The notes beneath the pieces were generated by a model. The model was given only the letters and a program-made list of their open reading frames with translations. It did not search any database and was not told where the DNA came from. Positions 8,789 through 20,173 of a stretch of DNA of 40,302 nt are shown here, one piece after another. The DNA is taken from positions 1 through 40,302 of the forward strand of contig JALAGF010006383.1 of assembly GCA_030167865.1 (NCBI GenBank), written 5' to 3'. Made by a program: the position numbers and the translations under genes. This stretch comes from Craspedostauros australis. Taxonomy: Eukaryota. Every line of letters begins with the position of its first letter. Within the stretch, counting starts at the first letter, position 1.

Positions 8789-11700
8789 TCACATTGGATC
8801 AGCGAGACCGAGCTGGCTCAGGATTTCAATCTTCTCGAGCAACGTCGATTGCTGCTGCGACCTTCTGTCCAACGACGTGGTTGCTTCGAAGATGGAAGAC
8901 GTCACAGTTGCGATCTCCATCTGCATCGATTGCATGGACAAGCTGAGTTCTGTTGCTTTCTGGAACTCGTCCTGCGTATCCTGCGTGAGAGCGTCGACCT
9001 CTTCCTTTTGGCGTTGCGATTCGTCGGTCAGTTGTTGGATGATCTCCTTGCGCAGTCCCAGGAAGGTGTCGATGGGGTCCTGCGGTCCGTTGATTCTGCG
9101 ATGCAAATGCTCCTTGCGGCTCTCGAGCTCCTTTCGCATGTACTTGACCTCCTGCGACGTCTTCATTTGCAACTCGTCGATCTTTCTCTGCATCTTCCGA
9201 ATCTGCAAGCGCATCAACGTCTCGCATCTCTCCTGGTTGCTGGGTGTGGATCGTTTGGATCGCGTCGAACCTTCCGATCTCATGCCCTCCGAATATCCCT
9301 TGCCACCGAACGGGCTGCGCTTCACCTTGGTCGACGGAAAGCTGCTGCTGCCGTCGTTGCCGACTTGCTGTGACGAGCCAATCATGTTGCTACTGCCCTG
9401 GCCGAGCTGAATGCTGCAGTTGCCGCTGTTGTTGAGCTCGTACGAAATGACGGATGCCGTGGTTGAAGCTGTGCATGCCTGGTTCGACGCCATGGGAACA
9501 TTGAACGGTGCTTCGTCATCGATGGTCTCAAGCTTGATTCTTGTTTCGCCGTCTCCGCCCTTCTCTCCCCTGCTGTTCTGGCCATCGTCGCTGTCGCCGC
9601 TGTTGCTGATCACGACGTCGAAATGAGCTTGGCTTGCGCTGAGATCGATGCCCAGTTGGTATTCTCGAACCCCCTCCGTCTCATCACCGGCCGCCAGATC
9701 ATCCAACGTCACCCCGTCCTGCGAGTAATCATTCGATATCTCCGAATTGTCCTCGTCATCTTCAAAGATGAGATCGACGTGGGATGACGAAGAAGACACG
9801 GATTTGTTGTGGGTGGACCCAGATGACGCAGACTTCCAGTCGTCGAGGTCGTGCTTGCTGAGCGCAATCGAACTCAAGGAATGCTCTCCCCTGCTCGTGT
9901 TCAAATCAGGCGTGCCGGGTACCTGCATGCCTGCAGCTGACGGCGTGGTGTCCGATGGTGGTATCAACGGTGGCTTCGTCGTGCCCTTCCGTGTTCGCCT
10001 GCGAGGATCTGCCGACCTGCTGCGCTCTGATCGAGGTGATATCAACGCCTTGTCATCCACGCTCTTGCTGCGCGTACGCCGTTTGTGGCTGGAGAAATCC
10101 TTGTTCGTTGTGACCACCTGAATTGGTTCCTGCAACAGAATCGAGATGGGAGAAGGGCCCATGTTGGCCTCTTCGATCTGTTCATCAGCTTGCATCTCTG
10201 CCTGCTGTTGCTCCTCCTCCTCCTCTTCGAATTCTTGGCTGTTGTTGTCTTCGATACTGCCTCCATTCTGATCGCGCTGGGCGCGCATGGTCTTCCACTT
10301 GTCGAAGAATGGAGTCAATGTGCCCGCACTTCGACTCCTTGGTGGCGCGCGCTTCTCCCGCGGTTCCCTCGCTTCCTTCTTCTTGTCGACGGCACCCTTG
10401 GATCGCGATCTGGCTCTGCTGGCGGACTTGCCTCCGGAGCCTGAGGATGATTTCTCCTTGCCGCGACCGCTGCCGTTCTTGAGTTTGAGGGTGCCAGTTC
10501 CACCGTCTCCATCAAAGTCGATGCTCTCCAAAGAACCGCCCAAGTCTGCGCCATCCTTCTCCTTGTTACGCTTGGATCGTTTAGGTGTCTTGCCCTTCTC
10601 CTTCTCCTTGTCACGCTCTTTATCTTTCTCCTTGTCTTTTTCCTTGCCTCCATCCTTGTCTTTTTCCTTCTTCTCTCTGTACTTGTCTTTCTTCCTGTCC
10701 TTTGATTTGCCTCTCGTGCGATCCTTGGCATCCTTCCTGTTGTTGATGATGGTGTTGTTGATGTTGCCAGCATCGCCCCCCTTGGTCGGTTCCTGCACAT
10801 TCGGTGGGTGTTGCTTGTCATTCTCATTATCCGCGGATCGCATTTGCGGACGTTTGCCACGTCGCAGCGGCCTTGGCTTTGGCTTGTCGGTGCGCTTGCC
10901 ATCTGTGATGCCTTCAATGTAACTGGAATCATCCTCCATGCTCTTGGCGTTGCTATTGTCGCTGCCGTCGCTGAAGATGCTGATCGCGATCGAATGCAGG
11001 CTGCCCTTGCTGGCGCCACCGCCGACGAGGTTCTTGTCGCGATCGAAGGTGAGGGAGAGGCCTCCGTACTTGGCCCTTTTCTCGGCCTTGGTGAGTTTCT
11101 TCTTCTTTTTCTTCTTCTTCTTGCGTTTGGCACCGCCGCTGCTGCCGCCGCGCGTTTTGCTCTTGGAACGCGGCGCGGATTTGGACCTGCCTCGCGATGG
11201 CGATTTGCTCTTGGATTTGGTCTTGGATCCTCCCTTCTTGGAGGAGTTGATCGTCCTGCGTTTCTCCTGCGATCGTCCGCGATGTCCAAAGTTGGAGATG
11301 CGGCTTTTCTCATCTTCGCCGTCCTCGTCATCCGCGTACATGGCCGCGTCTTCGTCATCGAGCGCTTCGATGAGGTACTCCACGCCGAACTCGCCATTGA
11401 CATCGATGCCTTCCATCGCCTTCGATAGTCCGCTCTTTGGCTTTTCGTGCATGGCATCATTTTCGTCGTCGTCGTCGTCGTCATCATCCTCTTCATCATC
11501 GTCGTCATCACTATCGCTGTCGCTATCACTGTCACTGTCGCTGTCGCTGTCGCTATCCTCGTCATCATCATCGTCATCCGTCAGATCCGACTCAACTTCG
11601 GACGCGGAGACGTATTCGTAGGACGCATCGAACAGTGGCAACGACGCCCGGCTGTTGTTGTGGCCATTATGGATCATGGCATCGACGGTCCTTATGCCGT

Positions 11701-12592
11701 TGGAACTGTCGTTGTACCCATCGCTGCGTTCGTCATCGATGAAGATGTCATCAACGTCCAAACTGAGTTTCGGTTCGACGTGGTGCGCCGTGCTGGCCTC
11801 CGTGACCTTGGTCGACGACGACGTCTTTTGGATGTTATGTTCCGATCTTGACAACGGCAACGCCATGACGTTGGGTATGGGCGCATCGGATGTGGCGCTG
11901 CGCCGATGCATGACTCGGCGTTGCGGCGAATCGAGGGAGGCTGGCCGTTGTTCGATGGGAGAAGCGCGCGGTCGAGGCGACGTGAGCCCCGGCGACGATG
12001 ATCGTTGGTTGGGCGAGATGGTGCGCGACTTGTTGGGTTTGCGCACGACGGGCGTGAGCGGCAAGGGGGCCTTGGTGTGCTTGGGCGCGTTGGGCGACGA
12101 TAGGACGAGGTAACCGGCCGGCGAATGGGGACTGGCCTTTCTGGACTTTGCGTTCTGCCTGAGGCTGGGCAATCCGGCATCCTTCGAGTCGTTGCGCCGC
12201 GAGATGGTCTGCTTGGGAGACTGATCCGCCGGCGACAGCGTCCTGCGTGCGGAGCCCGGCCTGTTCACGGCAGACTTGGAGCCTCCCGCCTTGCGAGGCA
12301 CGGCAGAGCCGAACTTCTCGCGCGTCTTCTGCATCGCGGTCGGGATGTTCTCGGGAGCTTCGAACATGTACTTGAGCTTGTTGAAGCCCGCGCCATTGTT
12401 TGCGCCACCGCTGGCGGAGGAGTTGGTGCCGATCGATCGGCCGTGGCTGCTTTGGCGCAGCAGGTTGGGTCCTGGCGTTGTCTTTCTTCCTGTCGTTATT
12501 GTTCCTGTTGCTGTGCCTGTTCCTGCTGCTGCTGCTGATGATGATGATGATGAGGTTGTCGACGGACTCGGCTCCATCGGCGACAATGTCAT
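8789..12592 (-). CDS. Large low-complexity, likely disordered protein (1267 aa) with acidic and Lys-rich tracts and a C-terminal coiled coil; function unknown
   Basis: 3.8 kb uninterrupted ORF from ATG. S/P/R-rich N-terminus, DSDSD/poly-D block, KRKKKKKKKKKL (NLS-like), RSKS/RSRS repeats, and a heptad-like C-terminus (LQIRKMQRKIDELQMK...LLEKIEIL). Confidence 0.85.
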   Translation of the reverse strand: MTLSPMEPSPSTTSSSSSSAAAAGTGTATGTITTGRKTTPGPNLLRQSSHGRSIGTNSSASGGANNGAGFNKLKYMFEAPENIPTAMQKTREKFGSAVPRKAGGSKSAVNRPGSARRTLSPADQSPKQTISRRNDSKDAGLPSLRQNAKSRKASPHSPAGYLVLSSPNAPKHTKAPLPLTPVVRKPNKSRTISPNQRSSSPGLTSPRPRASPIEQRPASLDSPQRRVMHRRSATSDAPIPNVMALPLSRSEHNIQKTSSSTKVTEASTAHHVEPKLSLDVDDIFIDDERSDGYNDSSNGIRTVDAMIHNGHNNSRASLPLFDASYEYVSASEVESDLTDDDDDDEDSDSDSDSDSDSDSDSDDDDDEEDDDDDDDDENDAMHEKPKSGLSKAMEGIDVNGEFGVEYLIEALDDEDAAMYADDEDGEDEKSRISNFGHRGRSQEKRRTINSSKKGGSKTKSKSKSPSRGRSKSAPRSKSKTRGGSSGGAKRKKKKKKKKKLTKAEKRAKYGGLSLTFDRDKNLVGGGASKGSLHSIAISIFSDGSDNSNAKSMEDDSSYIEGITDGKRTDKPKPRPLRRGKRPQMRSADNENDKQHPPNVQEPTKGGDAGNINNTIINNRKDAKDRTRGKSKDRKKDKYREKKEKDKDGGKEKDKEKDKERDKEKEKGKTPKRSKRNKEKDGADLGGSLESIDFDGDGGTGTLKLKNGSGRGKEKSSSGSGGKSASRARSRSKGAVDKKKEAREPREKRAPPRSRSAGTLTPFFDKWKTMRAQRDQNGGSIEDNNSQEFEEEEEEQQQAEMQADEQIEEANMGPSPISILLQEPIQVVTTNKDFSSHKRRTRSKSVDDKALISPRSERSRSADPRRRTRKGTTKPPLIPPSDTTPSAAGMQVPGTPDLNTSRGEHSLSSIALSKHDLDDWKSASSGSTHNKSVSSSSSHVDLIFEDDEDNSEISNDYSQDGVTLDDLAAGDETEGVREYQLGIDLSASQAHFDVVISNSGDSDDGQNSRGEKGGDGETRIKLETIDDEAPFNVPMASNQACTASTTASVISYELNNSGNCSIQLGQGSSNMIGSSQQVGNDGSSSFPSTKVKRSPFGGKGYSEGMRSEGSTRSKRSTPSNQERCETLMRLQIRKMQRKIDELQMKTSQEVKYMRKELESRKEHLHRRINGPQDPIDTFLGLRKEIIQQLTDESQRQKEEVDALTQDTQDEFQKATELSLSMQSMQMEIATVTSSIFEATTSLDRRSQQQSTLLEKIEILSQLGLADPM

Positions 12593-12975
12593 CGTGCCAG
12601 TATCCGCGCTCGTATGAGCACGATCTATTGGCGCGATCTATTAGTGCGAGCTTTGGTATCAATGTCTATCCGAGTGCGCGAAGATGCCTGCCGCAGCACC
12701 AGGTCGGCTTTGAACGCACTGCCAGCAGCTGATGTGACGACGCGCGACTTTCTATTCGATGTGGCTGAGCGTCCTTTCTTGCTCTCCTTCGACTCGCGAT
12801 GCTGCGTCAGATGGAATTGATCTTCCATGCGAGACCTTCACGACAACCCCCTTCCAACGCAAGGACCCCACGCCAAGGTGGACTTGATGGATGATGGTGA
12901 TGATGTCAACGCCAATGTTGCCACGCTGCACTCGTGCCATTACGAGCTACTCACAAGAACGTTACGATCATCAAC

Positions 12976-13064
12976 CCAACAACCAACCAAGAACGACCAA
13001 CCAAGAAACAACCAACCAAGAAACGACCAAGGCAAGCAAGACAACCAAGGAGGCAAGCAAGAAG
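12976..13064. repeat. Degenerate CAACCAAG(A)/CAAGCAAG tandem repeat
   Basis: caaccaaccaagaacgaccaaccaagaaacaaccaaccaagaaacgaccaaggcaagcaagacaaccaaggaggcaagcaag seen directly. Confidence 0.8.
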
Positions 13065-16000
13065 GAACAGGAGTGTTGGACTGCCTCCGCCGCTTTCGCG
13101 AAAACACAGCTCTCTGGAAAAACAAGCGCGAAATCTCTGTGGCGCGTTGCGATCGCCATCACTCCGGCACGGTCTTTGACGGTTGGGCCTAATCACAACC
13201 AGCAATGTCCATGCTTGTCACATTCGTGTCGCATCAATGTTCCCCTCCTGATTCGCTGTCACGCATTCTGCTTATCTATTTGTCCGATATTTTGCGTGTT
13301 TGGTTCACATCCCAAACATGGATTCATTCGACGACACATCCAAGACTTATCGTATCGGGTTTGAAGCTTTCTTGCATGACGCCGCACTACAAACCGCCAC
13401 AGAAACCCAGAGACACATTTCGAGCGTCTCCCGAACCACACTCCGCTCCGAAAGCACCAACACGAACACGGTAACACGGTGAGGTGAGGTGTTATCAGGC
13501 TCCAAACGTCAATCCGATTGCGTGATCTACGGAAACGAAGCCGGATCGTACCAACCGCATCATCCTTGCCAAGCATCTTCAATGGGAAATGATTCGTATC
13601 TTCAACAACCAGGTCGACGTCTTCAACAGTCAGATCGAGGGTACGACAACAACACTGGTTCTTCATCTCGGGTGGTCCCGATTTGGCATCATCCGCGCTT
13701 CTTCTCTGATCCACCTTCCGGAATCCGCCATGTGTCCAATCCTGCATACTATATCCCTTACCAGCACCAACTCGATGGGCTCGTGTTCGACTCAGCATTT
13801 GACATTTTGCACCAAGAGCAACACTTCTGTCATCTGCTCTTCAACCGTTTGTGCATGTCTGGGGTCGCCAATGCCGTCGCTCGTTGGAGTGGCGGATTGT
13901 GAGAGTGCTTGCCGAGTGTTATCGCATCGCAGGACGGCAGTGCTACCAACATCATCACCGTCCTCATTGATCTATTGTCACCTGGCTCGTTGATATCCTT
14001 GTGGTTAATACCACCGTGACTGCCATCATCATCACCGTTCGTGCCATGGCCGCCGTTTTCCGTGTGGTCGCTGCCACATTCACAGCAACGCCAGCAAACT
14101 TGGGGGGAGTTGCCACCGCTTGTACTCTTCAATGAGGATGCAGCGGAGTATTGCAACATGATACTCGTCATGGAATCATCAATACCTTCACGCAGAATCG
14201 TCCATCCATTGCAACACGAGCAGATGAGATGCGCCGACGCGGTTGTGCTGTTCACTATCACACTACTCGTAGAGTATTGTACATGAAATGGCGCAACATG
14301 TTTGCGACCACAACTGCATGCCAGCAGCACCAGACCAGATGCAGCACAAACGGGATGGGGTTCTTGGAGAACGGTACCAAATCAGGACATACGATGCTTC
14401 ACCTTCCTGGACAGGCCGTTTCCGCATTCACGACTTCCTTTGGGGCTTCTGTTCTCCGCGATGATCATCTGGCTTTGGGTGTCTATCTGCCGACCATTCA
14501 CACATCCCGATGCTCGCATTCGTCTCCTTTGCTGTTGCTCTCCGCCTGGACAGTCTGGATTGGATGGAGCGTGGCATCGAGGTACTTCTGACAACGCTCA
14601 TTGACCGTTTCTTGCGCCAGAGAATATGCGCATTCTATCCCCGTTTACCGTACCGAGAGACTCCGCGGCACTTCCGCCAGTGCACCGTTTGGTTGTACTA
14701 CCATAGTTGGTGCGTTCGGGAGAAAACGAATTCTGAAGATGGGCCACGCACAAAGCAGCTTCAAAACGATGCAATGCAAGCGTAATGTAGTGCAAGAAAA
14801 GAGTAATGCAGTGCAACTTCAACCAGACCTTGTCCGTCAAGCAGTTGCACTTCATCTCGCGCACACGGACGCACAAAGCAAAGCAGAGTAAAATAGAGCA
14901 GAGAAGAGAAGAGCGGATGGCTTGACCGTGCAGTAGCGCGGATGTTTCTGTTCTGCAGGGAGAGTCGCCTCCATCACCGCCGCCAATGACGCCGTTCCCA
15001 ACAACGAGCCTCTTGGCACGATCGGCTGCGACAAAATGTGAAAGTACGACAATGAGGAACAAGGCGAGGGAGCGACAAATTAAGATTTCTATCCACAAGA
15101 TTGCCTTTGACATTATTGTACGCTGTTGTCTTTCATCTTTCGACTGGGCTACCGGGATCGATCGCGCCTCGTAGTGTTTTCGAGAGGTTGTGAATGTCAT
15201 CGTATAATAGGTATGTATGAATACGGTACGAGCAGATTTACAGTAGGACAATTCTGCCATGCCTGAGAGCACGCAGCTGGACGCGAGCTACCCGAACTCC
15301 GAGTAAATGGATGTCGAAGACAACGGTAGGGGTGACTGGAGTTTGTGCTCTAGTAGTGGTGGTCATCCTCTCCATCTTCGTCTCCCTCCCCCTTGGACCT
15401 TGGCTGAGGCTCTGTGAGCATGTGCGGGCACGGCCAATGGCATGATCAGTGCAGGTTCTGGCTCGTTGAGTTCAGTCTTGGTACCACAATGGTGTGTAAA
15501 CATCATTGGCAACCAGTGCAAGTGCATCCACAAACAGCACAAGAACAAGCATCCATCCAGGTACAGGAAGGCGCGCTTGATGTCTGAGCACAGCCACGAG
15601 GCTCCTGAGGCCATCTGGTTCTTTCGGAAGTGCTACTTCTGTCTGTTGTTCCACGGAACATGTCAATCTGTTCTCCTACGATGGCAGAAACCGCATGGTT
15701 GCAGGTGTCCCTTGCCTGATCGCGCTTGCATCACATCACCTCCGATGAATTTGGAGTGGACTGACAGCGGAGAAGGAACGCGCAGCACTGACGATGAGGC
15801 GCAATGTAATTGGGTCTATGTCCAGCAACATTCAAGGCTTCATCCAACATGGGATGGTTCGCGGAAGTATGGTAGCTGCACGAGAGTTAGAACAGTGGAG
15901 AGGAATGAAGCGGCACCTGCGCCAATCTGAGGAGGTCATTGAGATAGCACATCAACGTACGACTAGTCCTGCTCGCGCTCGTACCCGTACTCTAGCCGTT

Positions 16001-16503
16001 CAAAGGCATTGCACGTGACCGCGCTTTGCGTCTTCAATGATTGACCAAGCGCTTTACACAGGTTCTTAATAGAGTAGCAGTAGTTGCGAGTGCATCCTAT
16101 TATGCCTACCGTACCACCCGTGGTCGTGGTGCATGGAGCGGCAAAGGCGTTCAAAAATGCCACTCCTGATTGGGAGTTGCCCGAGCACGTCGCCAATGCT
16201 GCTGCTTCAACTTCGATTGAATTCCAAAGCAAAGTCCAACAATTCTAAGTGAAGTATAATAGTTGCATGCTCTGGCTTTGGCACGGAATAAGACAGCGTG
16301 CATGGTACAATATGCAGAAAGACTTCACTGTACCATACCCCCGGTTCGAGCTTGATCTTGGTGGCGCAATCCCATCGGTCTTCTGCGACCAGCGGGGATC
16401 GCTGTACACTCTCAGCGCAGCGATTGCAGACATTTCATCAATCATACTGTGGAAGTACGAGTAGCAACCTCGCCACAGCAGGCTCGTGGCACTGGAGGTG
16501 GTT

Positions 16504-17925
16504 CTAGCGTCCCCTTTTGCCCGATGAGCTACTCCTTCGGCTCCACTCAAATCCTGCAGTTTCGAGTTTGTGAATGCGTTCCGGTGTCATGTACGTCTTC
16601 TTCCCCTCCTGCCACAGCTTGTACTGTCTGCGCTGGTACTTCACCCAGATCGCCAGGGGTTGGTTCGGCGGGTAGCGGCAGGGCACGTTGCAATGTCCAG
16701 TCTTCTCCTTGTATCGCAACAGCTCATGCAACCGTCCTTCCCAAAGCGCCGAGTGGATATCCCAGCAAAATCCGATCTGCTCCAACGCAACCTCTCGCTC
16801 GCTGGTCATGTTTGAGTGCTGTCCTTCCTGTCGTAGCTTGTAGTGGTACCTTTGGCGTTTGACCCATTGGACGAGGCCAGGATTGGTGGATTGGTACGTG
16901 TGGGGGACGAAGCAATGGCCATGGATCTGCCTGTACCGTTTGAGTTCCAAGAAGTTGCGATTCCATTGAGACTCCTGGTGCGCCCGTATCTTGTTGCCAC
17001 TGCTGCTGTTGCCTAGACCTTGATTGGGGAAGCTTGCGCTGGTGGTGCTGCTTGAGTTGCTCATGACGTCGCTGCTGAGCGACGTCGAATGGATCGCCGC
17101 ACTCTGGCTCGCGAAATGCATGGAATATGCTGGGAACGGGATCATGGTGGGGGAAGCACGTGGATCGAATGCCGACTGCTGCATGTGCTGCGAGTCGTTG
17201 TTGAGCGAGGCGATGGGAGACACCAGCAACGGATCGTGACCATGGTGATATGCGTTCTGCCCATGGCTGTGACCGTAGCTGTGCACCCCGCCAGCACCCA
17301 CGCTGCTACCTCTGCTGCTGTTCCCTTGGCTAGTATGGCTGTTGCGGCGGGCACAAGGATCGCCAACAGCATGGCTAAAGGTCGGCAGAGATGGAGACGA
17401 AGAGGAGGACGCCATTGAGGGTGCTGATGTCGACGTCGATGCCATGGTCATTGTCAGTGTGGCTGCGGCCGATGCCGCCGTGGGCGCCGATGCGATGGAT
17501 GGCGCGAAAGGGAGACTCGCACCGAAGCTGCTGCCGCTGTTGCTGCCGTATTGATTCGTGTGCCGAAAAGAGACTTGCGGGTTGGTGGCTGGGGAAAGAG
17601 GAGCCGACGTTCCGCTGCCTGTCGCTATCGACACCGCGCTCATGGGAGCATCCGTGCCTGTCTGTATTGACAAGGCTGGCCGCTTCTGGTCCGACGGCGA
17701 TAGCAATGGCTTGAGGAGCTCCGAGAGCGAATCGCTGTCGCATCGATTCCTGGCGACCTCGTTCGGGTGGATTCTTGCCACCAGTTGAATTTGTCCTGGC
17801 CCCAGCGGTGTCGGCTCGCAAGTTGGGTCACCGTCAGGGTTCGAGACAGTTGCATGCATGTTCGTTGCAACGTGCTCATCGTTCCCTGCTTGATTGGGAG
17901 CGGTGATAGTCTTGTCCAGGTTCAT
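16504..17925 (-). CDS. Helicase-associated (HA, Pfam PF03457-like) domain protein with two C-terminal HA repeats
   Basis: QWNRNFLELKRYRQIHGHCFVP...LVQWVKRQR...LEQIGFCW and LWEGRLHELLRYKEKTGHCNVP...LAIWVKYQRRQY...RIHKLETAGFEW. Ser-rich disordered N-terminus. First ATG at 17925. This architecture is highly expanded in diatoms. Confidence 0.93.
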   Translation of the reverse strand: MNLDKTITAPNQAGNDEHVATNMHATVSNPDGDPTCEPTPLGPGQIQLVARIHPNEVARNRCDSDSLSELLKPLLSPSDQKRPALSIQTGTDAPMSAVSIATGSGTSAPLSPATNPQVSFRHTNQYGSNSGSSFGASLPFAPSIASAPTAASAAATLTMTMASTSTSAPSMASSSSSPSLPTFSHAVGDPCARRNSHTSQGNSSRGSSVGAGGVHSYGHSHGQNAYHHGHDPLLVSPIASLNNDSQHMQQSAFDPRASPTMIPFPAYSMHFASQSAAIHSTSLSSDVMSNSSSTTSASFPNQGLGNSSSGNKIRAHQESQWNRNFLELKRYRQIHGHCFVPHTYQSTNPGLVQWVKRQRYHYKLRQEGQHSNMTSEREVALEQIGFCWDIHSALWEGRLHELLRYKEKTGHCNVPCRYPPNQPLAIWVKYQRRQYKLWQEGKKTYMTPERIHKLETAGFEWSRRSSSSGKRGR

Positions 17926-20173
17926 GTTGTGGGGAATGAAGTCCCAAGACACCCAACGAAGCTCGTCGGTTTTGCTCTCACAAAATGGTGATTCACAACA
18001 GACGCGATCAGTCTGCTCAGCCCAACAGACGACCGACTTGTTTGCTTGCGATGTAATGTTGTGAGTGTTTGCTGGTGTCTTCGTGGCGTTGGGTTGGGAT
18101 CGACTTTCGAATTGCTTCTACGTGAATGAAAGGTTGCTGATGAAGGAGGCTGAAAGTGGCGCTGGGCCTGCTGCTGCTGTTGATGATATCGGTGTTGATG
18201 TTGGTGCTGTGCTGGGAAGGCTGTCGGCGATTCAGGATGGTCTGGAGTGGTGATGGCTCCTTATGCTCGCTCTCGCTCTCGCTCTCCCTCTCTTGGGCCG
18301 AAACGTTTTGAGTGTCACAATTTCAGCCAAAAGGTGATGTGTTCTACCCGTAGACCGCGGCAGATCTCCCGTTTCGATGATTTGGTGCGCGCTCTGATGC
18401 GCCGTCCATACAGGTATTGTACGAGTTGCTTGATCCCGTGTTGGCGCGCGAGATTTTATTGCGGTGCGTGCTCCTTGGGTGTGTGCAGTGTGTGGGCGTT
18501 CGCGGAGTGTTGGTGGTGTGCTTTATGTTCCCTTGGTGGTATTGTGGCCTCGTATCTGTGCTGTTCCAACTTTGTGGTTCTGTCGGGTGCAGAGGACGAC
18601 AAATCTGTGGACAGCTGGGTGGGACTGATATGAGTTGTTGAGATTCTCAATTTACACTGGGGCCATTCGCCAAGTGTTCTGCCGGTTCTGTTCCATCCAC
18701 GAGATGGTGCTTGAACAGCGTGGAACCCTTCGGCAGGTGAAAACCAAATTCAATAAGACATCCCGCAAGACCATCATTGACAAAACGTCCAGTCTGGTCA
18801 AAATGTCAAAGCAAAAATCGACCAATGGTGCTCGTGGACGTGAGAGGCAATCCACGAAGAACATGGTTGCACCACCCACGATTCTGTCCGCGCTCACAAA
18901 TTACTCGAACCGGCAACGTGCTGAGAGTCAGACAGAAGAGCTCGCACAGTGTGACATCACAGTACCCACTCCGAGATGTGCTGCCAACTCTCTCGGTCCC
19001 TTCCCTGTGTCGCCTCCCCTCCCTCCCTACCTCACTCACACACTCGCATCCAGGCCGGAACCGCGAAAGTGGGAGACGAGAGCATCGATGAGGCCAGGGT
19101 GATGATTCGCCCGTGTCTGGAGGAAAGAAGCAACCTGAAACTATCAACGGTGACGCCATTTCTCTGGGTCGCTGCGAAATCACTCGGGAGATCAACCAAC
19201 ATCCATGGCTTTCGAACTGTCCTGGCTTCCACGAATTCTCACCCTCGCCTTCTCACCCCTGCCCACCACTTCGTGGCCCCGCGATTGGCGGCCATAGATG
19301 TTGCGTTGCTGTGTGTGCCATCGGGGACAAATCATGAACGATACATGATGATCGTCGCCGCAGAGTTGCCGAATAGCTTCGAATACCATCGCATCCTTGA
19401 ACTTGTACGACCAGAGGCCACACATATATCTTCCCATAAATGCAAGGGCTGCTTATGGATGAGGATTGGAATACCTAAATATGTTGTTCGTGCCCATTTG
19501 CCTCCGAACCGAACTGGAGCTGCTGTCATGCTTTTGTCCACTTCTCATTGGGGCAGCCCAGCCCATTGCAACTCCGCAATGCTTCCCTTCCTTTCTCTCT
19601 CCCTCTATTTTGTCCTGTGTGGCTTTCTGCAGGTGACGCTTTCGCGTGATTGTCCCAAGATCAGCCATCTCTTCCCCTTCTTTGCCTTTCTCTGTTGGTG
19701 CTCGAACGAGCTACCCCAGGGCCCCTCTCAGCAATTCTGTGCTGCTCGTGTTCCTCATCGTGTGATCGGGAGACATCCTCGACGTGATCATCGATACTGA
19801 GGGGCATACGCGTAGTGTGGCTCATTTGGAGCTGACCGAAAAGGGTCTGAGTGCGAGAATGGTACACTTTGCAGAACCCGCGGGCATGATGGAGACGGGA
19901 CGAGTTGGTCTGGTCTGGCCAGATCCGATCCGAGCAGGAATCTCTCGCTGTCGTCTGAAGATGAACTGTCATTGGAGGTGTCGGGGCACAAACGCACTTT
20001 CGCGCGGGTATCCCATGAAACAGGCTCTCCAACACAGACAGAGAGAAAGAGGCAGAGAATGCGTGCGTGCCTGCGTGGGTCTGAGTGCGTGTGCGTGTAC
20101 GTGTACGTGTGCATGACGCTCTTTCTCTCTCCTTCCCTGGTACTGATGAGCAGGAGTGAGTATCCATTCATCT

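Noticed and set aside
10315..11577. 420-aa Arg/Thr-rich minus-strand ORF and nearby antisense ORFs
   Set aside because: Alternate frames of the low-complexity 1267-aa gene.
14598..15272. 224-aa ORF with a signal-like hydrophobic stretch
   Set aside because: Much of it translates simple-repeat or intron-like sequence, and there is no recognisable domain.
16504..17952. Calling the HA protein a helicase
   Set aside because: No Walker A or DExD/H motifs; only HA repeats are present.
18976..19800. 274-aa plus-strand ORF
   Set aside because: Non-coding-like composition including pyrimidine tracts, no motifs, and it lies in the upstream region of the HA gene.
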